Origin: Fidelibacterota bacterium
GTDB lineage: Bacteria; Fidelibacterota; Fidelibacteria; Fidelibacterales; Fidelibacteraceae
Reading direction: 5' to 3'
Assembly (NCBI GenBank): GCA_034723415.1
Contig: JAYEOX010000110.1
Location: 1 to 12,518, forward strand
Length of the DNA stretch: 12,518 bases
Below are positions 1-7,426 of this stretch, one piece after another; position 1 is the stretch's first letter, and each line of letters starts with the position of its first letter. The notes under the pieces are model-generated. The model saw nothing but the letters and a program-made list of their open reading frames with translations, ran no database searches and was not told the DNA's origin. A program made the translations under genes and the position numbers.

Positions 1-10
1 GTTAGGTAAT

Positions 11-1588
11 TTAAATATTCCAAATTTCTTTAAAAGTATGAACCTTATCACAATATTTACAAATAAATTTATTGTCGCTTGTTTTATGGAATTCTACAAT
101 CGCATTTTCATGATGAGAAGGATGTGAAATACAATTTTGATTTTTACAACTGATTTCCTTAAAATCATAAATTCTTGGAGGCATGTGAATTCTAAATTTC
201 TCTTTCACAACACTATTTATGATAATATTCAATGTTGATTCGGGAGCAATAGCTGCTAATTTTTTCATTTGTATCTCTTTAAATTGCATTAGATCCGGTA
301 AGGAAAGAACACCCTTAAATTTTCCATCTTTATGTGATTTGTAAACACCGTGTGAACTTACAATATTCAGATCGAGAATTTTTCGTATGTTATGAATTTG
401 TTCCCAAATTGTTTCAACATTTTCGCCTTTACCAATATGATCAATTACTATTCCGTCACTAACAGGTTTTGTTCCAATTTTGTATTCCGGTTTTGTTTTA
501 TTGGGCGCAACAACTTTTTCAATAAAATTAGATGAATGCTTGATCGTCTGATTGTGACCGCCTTTAAAATCTTTGCCAAGTTTACCGCCGAACATTGAAA
601 TTAAAGCGGTGCGTGTGTAATAACCATTCATTGCCTGTTCATCATATCCATTTAATTCTGTATTGTCTATTGAAAATGGAATTGTCGGATATTCTCTGTT
701 GCGAGGTAGTGGATGATAAAATTTTGTTCCTTTGGGAATTTTGTCAAAGAATTCGTTCCTGAAAGATATGCTTTCTGCAAAAACATTTGCATTTTTTAGA
801 TCATCTTCCCCCATTCTTTCTAATTGAAGTCGTGTGAAATACCATAAATTCGCTACATTTTTTTGTGCCAAATATTCTTTAATGGAATTATATTCTGTTA
901 TATCAAAACCATTTTGTTTCATTTTATTTTTATAATATTCCGGCATTGCTAATTTTGGTGGAGCGATCAAATCAACTTTTACATTTTTGAATATTTTTAA
1001 TCCATCGGTTTTTGAATGGACTGTTCGCCCGTGATTTAAATCTCCAACAAGCGCAATGTGTATTTGATCATTATTAAAATCATTTTTTTCAAGGAAAGTA
1101 TATTCATCTAAGATTTCTTGCGTTGGATGTTCATGTTTTCCGTCACCAGCGTTTATAATAGCGGGCATAGGAAGATTCAAGCGTTCCGAAAGTTGAGCTA
1201 AACTGTATTCCAGCCAGCGAGTAACTCCTTCCAATTTTGAGCGAATAATGAAAATAGAATATTTGCTGTATGTTGTCAGCATTTTAAAAGTGTCTGCATA
1301 ACTTTCTTTTTTGTTGAATGAAGAATGAGCGGCATCAAAAATATTTGTCTTAATATTATGGAATTTTATTGCATTAAGAAAAGATTCTTTTGTGCGAGTA
1401 CTGGATTCTAAAAAAACCAAATATGCTCCAATATTTTTATTGTCTATAAAAAATTGATCTGTATTTTTCCCATTGATTATAGCATCTTTTAGTTCTTTAG
1501 TTTTACGGTAAAGATACATCTGTTCATCAATAGACAGATCATTAATTACAGACAAACATCTGCCTGTAAATTTTATATTTTGTTTCAT
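11..1588 (-). CDS. pyrBI: Bifunctional aspartate carbamoyltransferase, catalytic (PyrB) plus regulatory (PyrI) chain fusion
   Basis: N-terminal ATCase motifs ESSTRT, SSFNKKES, IIRS, NAGDGKHEHPTQ, GDLNHGRTVHS, TRLQLER, HPLPR. C-terminal PyrI motifs GIVIDHI (~434-454) and Zn ligands CKNQNC (131-148) and CKYC (50-61). Start moved from the ORF-track TTG at 1633 to ATG at 1588 because GAGGAA (1595-1600) lies 6 nt upstream. Confidence 0.93.
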   Translation of the reverse strand: MKQNIKFTGRCLSVINDLSIDEQMYLYRKTKELKDAIINGKNTDQFFIDNKNIGAYLVFLESSTRTKESFLNAIKFHNIKTNIFDAAHSSFNKKESYADTFKMLTTYSKYSIFIIRSKLEGVTRWLEYSLAQLSERLNLPMPAIINAGDGKHEHPTQEILDEYTFLEKNDFNNDQIHIALVGDLNHGRTVHSKTDGLKIFKNVKVDLIAPPKLAMPEYYKNKMKQNGFDITEYNSIKEYLAQKNVANLWYFTRLQLERMGEDDLKNANVFAESISFRNEFFDKIPKGTKFYHPLPRNREYPTIPFSIDNTELNGYDEQAMNGYYTRTALISMFGGKLGKDFKGGHNQTIKHSSNFIEKVVAPNKTKPEYKIGTKPVSDGIVIDHIGKGENVETIWEQIHNIRKILDLNIVSSHGVYKSHKDGKFKGVLSLPDLMQFKEIQMKKLAAIAPESTLNIIINSVVKEKFRIHMPPRIYDFKEISCKNQNCISHPSHHENAIVEFHKTSDNKFICKYCDKVHTFKEIWNI

Positions 1589-1654
1589 TTTGGGTTCCTC
1601 TGCAAAATTTTTCAATTTAATTGTTTTGAGCAAAAATTATCAGAATCTCACATT

Positions 1655-1684
1655 CAAATATAACAATAATTACTATGTTACAAA
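1655..1684 (-). promoter_or_regulatory. Candidate promoter for pyrBI (extended -10 TGTTATATT, possible -35 TTGTAA)
   Basis: Minus strand reads TTTTGTAACATAGTAATTATTGTTATATTTG: TG-N-TATATT at 1657-1665 and TTGTAA at 1678-1683 (15-nt spacer, suboptimal). Lies between the terminator-like palindrome and the pyrBI start. The AT-rich background makes chance matches likely. Confidence 0.3.
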
Positions 1685-1727
1685 ATAAATAATTTGTTTA
1701 AATTAAAGAAAGTTGGTTGGAAATGAA

Positions 1728-1751
1728 AACAAGGGAGCATGCTCCCTTGTT
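1728..1751 (-). terminator. Perfect 24-bp palindrome AACAAGGGAGCATGCTCCCTTGTT, probable intrinsic terminator of the Mo-enzyme operon (possibly a REP-like repeat unit)
   Basis: Exact inverted repeat with a GC-rich core (GGGAG-CATG-CTCCC). On the minus strand the core is followed by TTGTTTTCATTT. It lies about 75 nt downstream of the Mo-subunit stop codon. Confidence 0.75.
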
Positions 1752-1825
1752 AAATTGATTTTATCAGTTTTCACTTTGTTTTAATTACTATTTCCTAATT
1801 ATTACTTGGTGACTTTGAGAGTTAT

Positions 1826-4147
1826 TCATTTTTTTAATAATTCGCTATAAATTTTTTCTGCGGTAAAAGGAGCATGATAAAGTCGAACTCCAACTGCATC
1901 ATAAATTGCATTTGCGATTGCGGGAAGTGGGCCGTTTATTCCAATTTCTCCGACAGATTTTGCACCGAAAGGTCCTGTTTTCTCATCTGATTCTACGATA
2001 ATCGTTTTCATTTCCGGCAGATCATTTGCTGTCCATATTTTATAATCGTTGAATGTTTGATTTGTCAGTTTGCCGGATTTTGAAAATTTATAATTTTCAG
2101 TTAAAGCATAACAAATTCCGTTTACTGCCGCTCCTTCGATCTGCCCTTCAGCAAGTTTTGGGTTTAAGGCAACTCCACAATCTACAGCAGAAACAAATTT
2201 GATTATTTTTATTTCACCTGTTTTTTTATCGACTTCCACTTCGGCAAATTGAGCTATAAAAGGTGGTGGCGATAATTTTGGAACATTAGATGCGCTTGCT
2301 TGAACTTGAAATTGATCTTTTGTGTAAAGTGTATATTCGCCAATTTCACCAAGAGTAACGGATTGGTTTGTTGTTGTATCTGTTATTTTTTCATCTGCAA
2401 CAGAAAGATTTTTTTCTTTCGTGTCAAGCATTTGAGTAGCCACTTCAAGAATTTGTTTTTTTATTTTTTCAGCACATTTTTTTACAGCGGTTCCGGAAAC
2501 ATAAGTTGTTGAAGATGCATAAGCTCCAACATCAAATGGTGTCCAGTCAGTATCAGATGAAAACACAATAATTTTATCCAAACTTACTCCAAGAACTTCA
2601 GCTGCAATTTGAGATAGAATTGTGTCAGAACCGGTTCCGATATCAGTAGCGCCGACAAATAAATTGAAAGACCCGTCGTCATTCATTTTCATTGAAGCGG
2701 ATCCCATATCGATTAATGGAATTCCCGATCCTTGCATTGAAAAACCAATTCCAACTCCACGAACTGTATCTTCATTTGTTGTGATTTTTTTATCTCGTTT
2801 GTTATACCAATCAATTTCTTTTGCTCCCTGATCGATGCATTTATCTATTTCACAAGAGTGAATTATCTGAGTTACACCTTCAGTTCCTTCACCGAGTGCT
2901 TTAAAAACTTCAGATGTTTCGCCTGTTTTTATATGCCACTTTTTAATGTATTCCAAAATATCTAAATTTAATTTTCGAGTGATAATATCAATTTGCTGAT
3001 TCAATGCAAAATATCCCTGTGTCGCACCGTAGCCGCGATAAGCTCCGCCAACCGGAAGATTCGTATATGCCGATTGTCCGAGAAAGTGAATATTTTTTAT
3101 TTTGTTGAAGAATGGAAGTGTTTTTGATCCTGCATTCGAAACAATCGTTAAGGCATGTGAGCCGTAAGCTCCTGTGTTTAATAAAGCATGCATATTGAGG
3201 AATGTGATTTCACCGTTATTTTTCACACCGGTTTTCAATTTGATTTTCATTGGATGACGAGTTCTGCTTGATTGAAAAACCTCCTTTCGTGATAGAATAA
3301 TTTTCGTTGGTCGTTTATGTTTTATAGTAATGAGTGCAGCAATTGGTTCGAGAAAGACCTCTTGTTTTCCACCAAATCCGCCACCGATCCTTGGTTTGAT
3401 AACTCTAATTTTCGATAGTGGATATTCTAACACTTTTGAAACAATTCTGCGGACATGAAATGGAACTTGAGTAGAAGTAATAATTACCAATCTTCCCATT
3501 TCATCAAAATGTGTAATTACTGAATGTGGCTCTATTGCGGCGTGTGAAGCATAATGTGTAGAATATTTATTTTCAAAAATGAAATCTGCTTCTTTCTCAC
3601 CTTTGTCAATATCACCAAACCCTATTTCCACTTCAGCAGCAAGATTATTTTCAGGTTCGTATTTTACAGGAATTGGCATAAACCTTTCCTCACCATGAAT
3701 TCGTGGAGCATCTTTTTGAAGTGCTTTTTCCGAATTAAAAACCGGTGTAAGTTTTTTATATTCTACTTTGATTTTCTTAACCGCGTCGTCTGCAATTTTT
3801 TTACTTTCTGCAATTACCGCCGCAACCCTATCGCCGACATATCGCATTTTACTATCAAATAAAAGCGTATCGTAAGGTGATGGTTCGGGATAACCTTGAC
3901 CTGCAGTCGTATGTAATTTCTGATTTGTCACATTTTTGTAGTGTAAAATATCAACAACACCATTAATTTCTTTTGCAACTTTATCATCAATGTTTAAAAT
4001 TTCTGCATGCGCATAAGGAGAATATAGAAATGAAACAAATAGTGGATTTTTTACATCATAATCGTCAGTAAATTTCGAAGTTCCCGTTGCAAGTGAAAGT
4101 GCATCTATTTTCTTTTTTGATTTACCAATTGTTTTTAAATTTTTCAT
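1826..4147 (-). CDS. Xanthine dehydrogenase family molybdopterin-binding (large) subunit, XdhD/YgfN-like
   Basis: 773 aa. Mo-hydroxylase motifs STQVP, RIGGGFGGKQ, AYRGYG, DIGTGSDT, GAYASS, GQIEG and GPFGAKSVGE (catalytic Glu, codon 1946-1948). The segments TTAGQGYPEPSPYD, ALGEG and MQGSGIP resemble E. coli XdhD as recalled. ATGA overlap with the upstream Fe-S gene. Confidence 0.92.
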   Translation of the reverse strand: MKNLKTIGKSKKKIDALSLATGTSKFTDDYDVKNPLFVSFLYSPYAHAEILNIDDKVAKEINGVVDILHYKNVTNQKLHTTAGQGYPEPSPYDTLLFDSKMRYVGDRVAAVIAESKKIADDAVKKIKVEYKKLTPVFNSEKALQKDAPRIHGEERFMPIPVKYEPENNLAAEVEIGFGDIDKGEKEADFIFENKYSTHYASHAAIEPHSVITHFDEMGRLVIITSTQVPFHVRRIVSKVLEYPLSKIRVIKPRIGGGFGGKQEVFLEPIAALITIKHKRPTKIILSRKEVFQSSRTRHPMKIKLKTGVKNNGEITFLNMHALLNTGAYGSHALTIVSNAGSKTLPFFNKIKNIHFLGQSAYTNLPVGGAYRGYGATQGYFALNQQIDIITRKLNLDILEYIKKWHIKTGETSEVFKALGEGTEGVTQIIHSCEIDKCIDQGAKEIDWYNKRDKKITTNEDTVRGVGIGFSMQGSGIPLIDMGSASMKMNDDGSFNLFVGATDIGTGSDTILSQIAAEVLGVSLDKIIVFSSDTDWTPFDVGAYASSTTYVSGTAVKKCAEKIKKQILEVATQMLDTKEKNLSVADEKITDTTTNQSVTLGEIGEYTLYTKDQFQVQASASNVPKLSPPPFIAQFAEVEVDKKTGEIKIIKFVSAVDCGVALNPKLAEGQIEGAAVNGICYALTENYKFSKSGKLTNQTFNDYKIWTANDLPEMKTIIVESDEKTGPFGAKSVGEIGINGPLPAIANAIYDAVGVRLYHAPFTAEKIYSELLKK

Positions 4148-4620
4148 AATTCCACTTTTTCTTTTTGAATTGTTTTGGATGCATTTTTTATCGCATCAAT
4201 TATTTTTACATAACCTGTACAACGACAGAGATTTCCATCAATCGCTCGTTTTATCTCATTTTCTGTCGGATTTGAGTTTTCTTTTAACAATGCATAAGCT
4301 GCAATAATAAATCCGGGAGTGCAGAATCCACATTGCACAGCACCGGCTTCAACAAAAGCATTTTGGATTATATGTGGAAAATGTAAATCGCCAATTCCTT
4401 TTACAGTTTGGATATTTTTATTTATAACTGAAGCAGTAAAAATTTGACAGGAGTGAACCGGTTTATCATCAAGTAAAATCATACATGCTCCACATTCCCC
4501 TTCTAAACATCCATTTTTTACTTCCTTAAATCCGTTATTTCGTAAAGAAGTTACAAGCCGTTCATCAGCATCGAAAGTCAAATATTTTTCTTTTCCGTTA
4601 ATTATAAATTTCTCTTTCAT
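4144..4620 (-). CDS. Xanthine dehydrogenase family small subunit, two [2Fe-2S] clusters (CoxS/XdhC-like)
   Basis: 158 aa. GCLEGECGAC...SC (first cluster) and QCGFCTPG...NLCRCTGY (second cluster). Confidence 0.95.
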   Translation of the reverse strand: MKEKFIINGKEKYLTFDADERLVTSLRNNGFKEVKNGCLEGECGACMILLDDKPVHSCQIFTASVINKNIQTVKGIGDLHFPHIIQNAFVEAGAVQCGFCTPGFIIAAYALLKENSNPTENEIKRAIDGNLCRCTGYVKIIDAIKNASKTIQKEKVEL

Positions 4621-4661
4621 TTGTTTAACTTTTCCTTTTTTATTGTTTGTCTTATATGGTT

Positions 4662-5471
4662 TTATATCCCCACTAATTTTTTAATTCCTCTACTTACTTC
4701 TATGCCGGCTAATTTGCTTGAATATTCAGGATCTGTAAATCGTTTCCCGGAGAATTTCACATTAACTAATTGTTCAATTTTTGAAAAGTCTATTGAGTTA
4801 ATTGTTTTATTTTTTAAATAATTTTCAACTTTAATTATTTGATCATATCTATTAACAGTTCCTGTGACTATTATTTTACAATCTTGAATTTTATGTTTAT
4901 TAATTTTTAACATTTCTACAATATGAAAAGCAGGCATATCTTTTTTTGTGCGAATATTTCTGTAACTAAAAGTTTTCCATTTTGATAACTTAAATTTTAT
5001 TCCCGTGATCAATGATTTTTGTTTTAATTTTGGAGTATTTAAGAACTCTTCAATTAGGAATTCCCCTTTGTTTTTCCCTGCTAAAATAATTTTCGCATCA
5101 AGAATGAGCAAAGCACCAATTATATCAGACCATGGTGGAGCAAGTGCAATACTTCCTCCGATTGTAATTCTATTTCTCAAAGGTGTATCGGCTGAATTTA
5201 TTAACGACTTAACCAAAATATTTTCTTTGTCTATCTTTTTTAATTCTGAAATTATTTCATTATAAGTAAGCATACTGCCAAACTCAATTTCATTATCTTC
5301 CTTTTTTGTATAGTGTAGAGGTAGATTGGAGAGATTAACGAAGCCATTAATTTTTTTCAAATTCCTTAATAATAAATTCGTTCCACTAGCATGAGGGATT
5401 ACCTTTTCTTTTGAAATTAAATCAGTCGCTTCTCTTATTGTTTCGGGATAATACCATTTTAAATTGTTCAT
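4662..5471 (-). CDS. Xanthine dehydrogenase family FAD-binding (medium) subunit (CoxM/YgfM-like)
   Basis: 269 aa. YYPETIREA start, ASGTNL (variant of AGGTDL), IEFGSM, LRNRITIGGSI, SDIIGALLILDA. Sits directly upstream of the Fe-S and Mo subunit genes. Confidence 0.9.
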   Translation of the reverse strand: MNNLKWYYPETIREATDLISKEKVIPHASGTNLLLRNLKKINGFVNLSNLPLHYTKKEDNEIEFGSMLTYNEIISELKKIDKENILVKSLINSADTPLRNRITIGGSIALAPPWSDIIGALLILDAKIILAGKNKGEFLIEEFLNTPKLKQKSLITGIKFKLSKWKTFSYRNIRTKKDMPAFHIVEMLKINKHKIQDCKIIVTGTVNRYDQIIKVENYLKNKTINSIDFSKIEQLVNVKFSGKRFTDPEYSSKLAGIEVSRGIKKLVGI

Positions 5472-5502
5472 AATTTTCTCAGTTTTTATGTTTTAGTTAT
5501 TT

Positions 5503-5574
5503 TTAATTATTGAGTATATTTTTTGTGGAGAGATATTGTTTTTTCAGAAATTTCTTGAAGTGTTTCATTTTCAT
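5503..5574 (-). CDS. Putative small ORF, 23 aa (MKMKHFKKFLKKQYLSTKNILNN), not in the ORF track
   Basis: ATG at 5574 preceded by TAAAAGGAG with a 7-nt spacer; TAA at 5503-5505; ends 31 nt before the FAD-subunit ATG. No recognisable homology. Confidence 0.35.
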   Translation of the reverse strand: MKMKHFKKFLKKQYLSTKNILNN

Positions 5575-5591
5575 TTCTATTCTCCTTTTAA

Positions 5592-5610
5592 TATCTTATA
5601 ATGTAAGATA
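5592..5610. promoter_or_regulatory. Inverted repeat TATCTTA-N5-TAAGATA (candidate operator or weak hairpin)
   Basis: Perfect 7-bp arms at 5592-5598 and 5604-5610, between the Zn-ribbon stop codon and the RBS of the small ORF. Confidence 0.3.
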
Positions 5611-5612
5611 AT

Positions 5613-5822
5613 TTATTGTGTAAAAAAATCAAACACATTTCCTAACATACTTGAATCTGTTTTATATAACTCTGTGTATTTACATTTTGAGCAGGTAACA
5701 GTTGTAAACTTTTTATTTTGTATATCAAATATTTTTGATAGCATTCCACCTGTTGCTCTAATTTCATCAACTTCATATTGTCTATTTCCACATTTTGGGC
5801 ATTCATAATTTAATTTGTCCAT
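5613..5822 (-). CDS. Small Zn-ribbon protein, DUF2082/COG3478-like (predicted nucleic-acid binding)
   Basis: 69 aa. CPKCG...TCSKCKYTELY with the family-typical ATGGMLSKIFDIQNKKF and terminal NVFDFF. Strong RBS AAGGAG at 5829-5834. Confidence 0.88.
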   Translation of the reverse strand: MDKLNYECPKCGNRQYEVDEIRATGGMLSKIFDIQNKKFTTVTCSKCKYTELYKTDSSMLGNVFDFFTQ

Positions 5823-5946
5823 TATTTTCTCCTTTTATTTTCTTTGTGTAGTCGTTTATCTAAATTATTAAGTGCAAAAGCATAAGCGTCTCAATTAATT
5901 GTTTTGTTTGTTCCAGATTTTTCATGAACTGTAAATTACAACAATA

Positions 5947-5975
5947 TTGTTAAAATTGAAATATTATTTTAAAAT
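5947..5975 (+). promoter_or_regulatory. Candidate sigma70-type promoter for rlmD (TTGTTA-N17-TAAAAT)
   Basis: -35 TTGTTA at 5947-5952, 17-nt spacer, -10 TAAAAT at 5970-5975, 38 nt upstream of the rlmD ATG in a divergent intergenic region. Confidence 0.4.
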
Positions 5976-6013
5976 CTTTAAGTATTGTAAGAAATTTTTA
6001 CTAAATTACAATA

Positions 6014-7423
6014 ATGGAAAATATAATTAGAAAAAATGATATCATAAAAGTGAAAATTGATTCAATTGCCTTTGGGGGAAAAGGTGTTGCTCGTATTGAT
6101 GATTTTGTTGTTTTTGTTAGAGGTGGGATTCCAAAACAAAAATTAAAAGTGAAAATAATTAAAAAGAAAAAAAGTTTTGCAGAAGCAATAATTGAAAAGG
6201 TCATTGAACAAAGCCCTTATTATGTAGAACCACCCTGTAAATATTTTCCCGATTGTGGCGGATGCAAACATCAAGATATTGATTATAATTTTCAACTTGA
6301 AATGAAAGATCAACAGATAAAAGAAGTAATTGAGCATCTTGGTGAGTTTGGAGATGTAAAAATTGAAAAGACGATTTCATCTCCCGATATTTGGAGTTAT
6401 CGAAATCGAATGGATTTTTCGACTTCCGTAAAGCGTTGGGTCCTGAAAGAAAACGATCCCGGGACACCTGATAATTTTGCAATAGGATTACATGCTCCAC
6501 AAAGATGGGATAAGGTAATTGATATTGAAAAATGTCTATTGCAGAGCGATAATCGAAATGATATTTTCCAAGACATAAAAAATTTCGTTAGAGAAAGTGA
6601 TATAGACCTGTTGAATGCGAGACAGCATACAGGATTTCTAAAACAGATAATTATTAGAGCAGGAATTCACACTAATGAAATTATGATAAATTTTGTTACG
6701 CGTAGTGAAGATCCCGAAAAATTGAAACCATTGGTAAGATTATTAACCAAAAAATATGATAACATAAGATCAATCGTTAATAATATTACATCAAAATTAG
6801 GTAATCAATTCATTGGAGAAAAAGAATTGTTACTTTATGGGAAACCGTTTATTCATGAATTGCTTGGGAATATAAAATATAAAATTTCTGCAAATTCATT
6901 TTTCCAAACAAACACAAAAGGAGCAGAAATATTATTTGATGTCGTAAAAGATTTTGCCAAAGTTGATAAGAAAAAAGTGGTGTGGGATTTTTATTCCGGA
7001 GCAGGTTCAATTTCACTTTTTTTATCAGAATATTCTAAACAGGTTTATGGATTTGAAATCGTGCAAGAAGCAATAAACGATGCTCGCAACAATTGTGAAC
7101 TTAATAAGATTAATAATTGTAAATTCTATTTTGCTAATCTGAATAATTTTTTACAACAAGAGGGAAGGCTGATAAATACTTTAGAGAAACCCGATGTAGT
7201 TATTGTTGATCCGCCAAGAGCGGGATTAAGTCCAAAGTTTTTGGAACAGATGCTAAAATTAGATGCTTCAAGAATTGTATATGTCAGCTGCAATATTGCT
7301 ACACAAATTAGAGATATAAATTTATTGACTCAGAAAAAATATCAAGTTATAAAATTCCAACCGGTAGATATGTTTCCACACACGGCTCATTTGGAATCTG
7401 TGGCTTTGTTGAAGAAGATGTAA
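6014..7423 (+). CDS. rlmD: 23S rRNA (uracil-1939-C5)-methyltransferase RlmD/RumA
   Basis: 469 aa. N-terminal TRAM domain (IDSIAFGGKGVAR...VFVRGGIP), [4Fe-4S] motif CKYFPDCGGC plus a distal Cys, YRNRM, SFFQTN, SAM motif DFYSGAGSI, VDPPRAG, catalytic YVSCN, DMFPHTAHLE. Confidence 0.95.
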   Translation: MENIIRKNDIIKVKIDSIAFGGKGVARIDDFVVFVRGGIPKQKLKVKIIKKKKSFAEAIIEKVIEQSPYYVEPPCKYFPDCGGCKHQDIDYNFQLEMKDQQIKEVIEHLGEFGDVKIEKTISSPDIWSYRNRMDFSTSVKRWVLKENDPGTPDNFAIGLHAPQRWDKVIDIEKCLLQSDNRNDIFQDIKNFVRESDIDLLNARQHTGFLKQIIIRAGIHTNEIMINFVTRSEDPEKLKPLVRLLTKKYDNIRSIVNNITSKLGNQFIGEKELLLYGKPFIHELLGNIKYKISANSFFQTNTKGAEILFDVVKDFAKVDKKKVVWDFYSGAGSISLFLSEYSKQVYGFEIVQEAINDARNNCELNKINNCKFYFANLNNFLQQEGRLINTLEKPDVVIVDPPRAGLSPKFLEQMLKLDASRIVYVSCNIATQIRDINLLTQKKYQVIKFQPVDMFPHTAHLESVALLKKM

Positions 7424-7426
7424 TCT

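Noticed and set aside
1589..1633. 15-codon N-terminal extension of pyrBI from TTG 1633 in the ORF track
   Set aside because: ATG 1588 has a well-placed GAGGAA SD inside the extension; TTG 1633 has none.
1752..1770. FNR-like site AAATTGAT-TTT-ATCAGTTT
   Set aside because: The spacer is 3 nt rather than the 4 nt of TTGAT-N4-ATCAA, one arm mismatches, and it lies upstream of the terminator rather than at the pyrBI promoter.
1802..1828. Selenocysteine read-through of the Mo-subunit TGA
   Set aside because: The protein is already complete at the family-typical PFTAEKI end, a TAA follows seven codons later, and no SECIS-like hairpin directly follows the TGA.
1826..5471. Aerobic CO dehydrogenase (coxMSL order) or 4-hydroxybenzoyl-CoA reductase
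   Set aside because: The large subunit has AYRGYG rather than the form I CoxL AYxCSFR loop; the FAD subunit lacks the Cys-rich [4Fe-4S] insert of HcrB.
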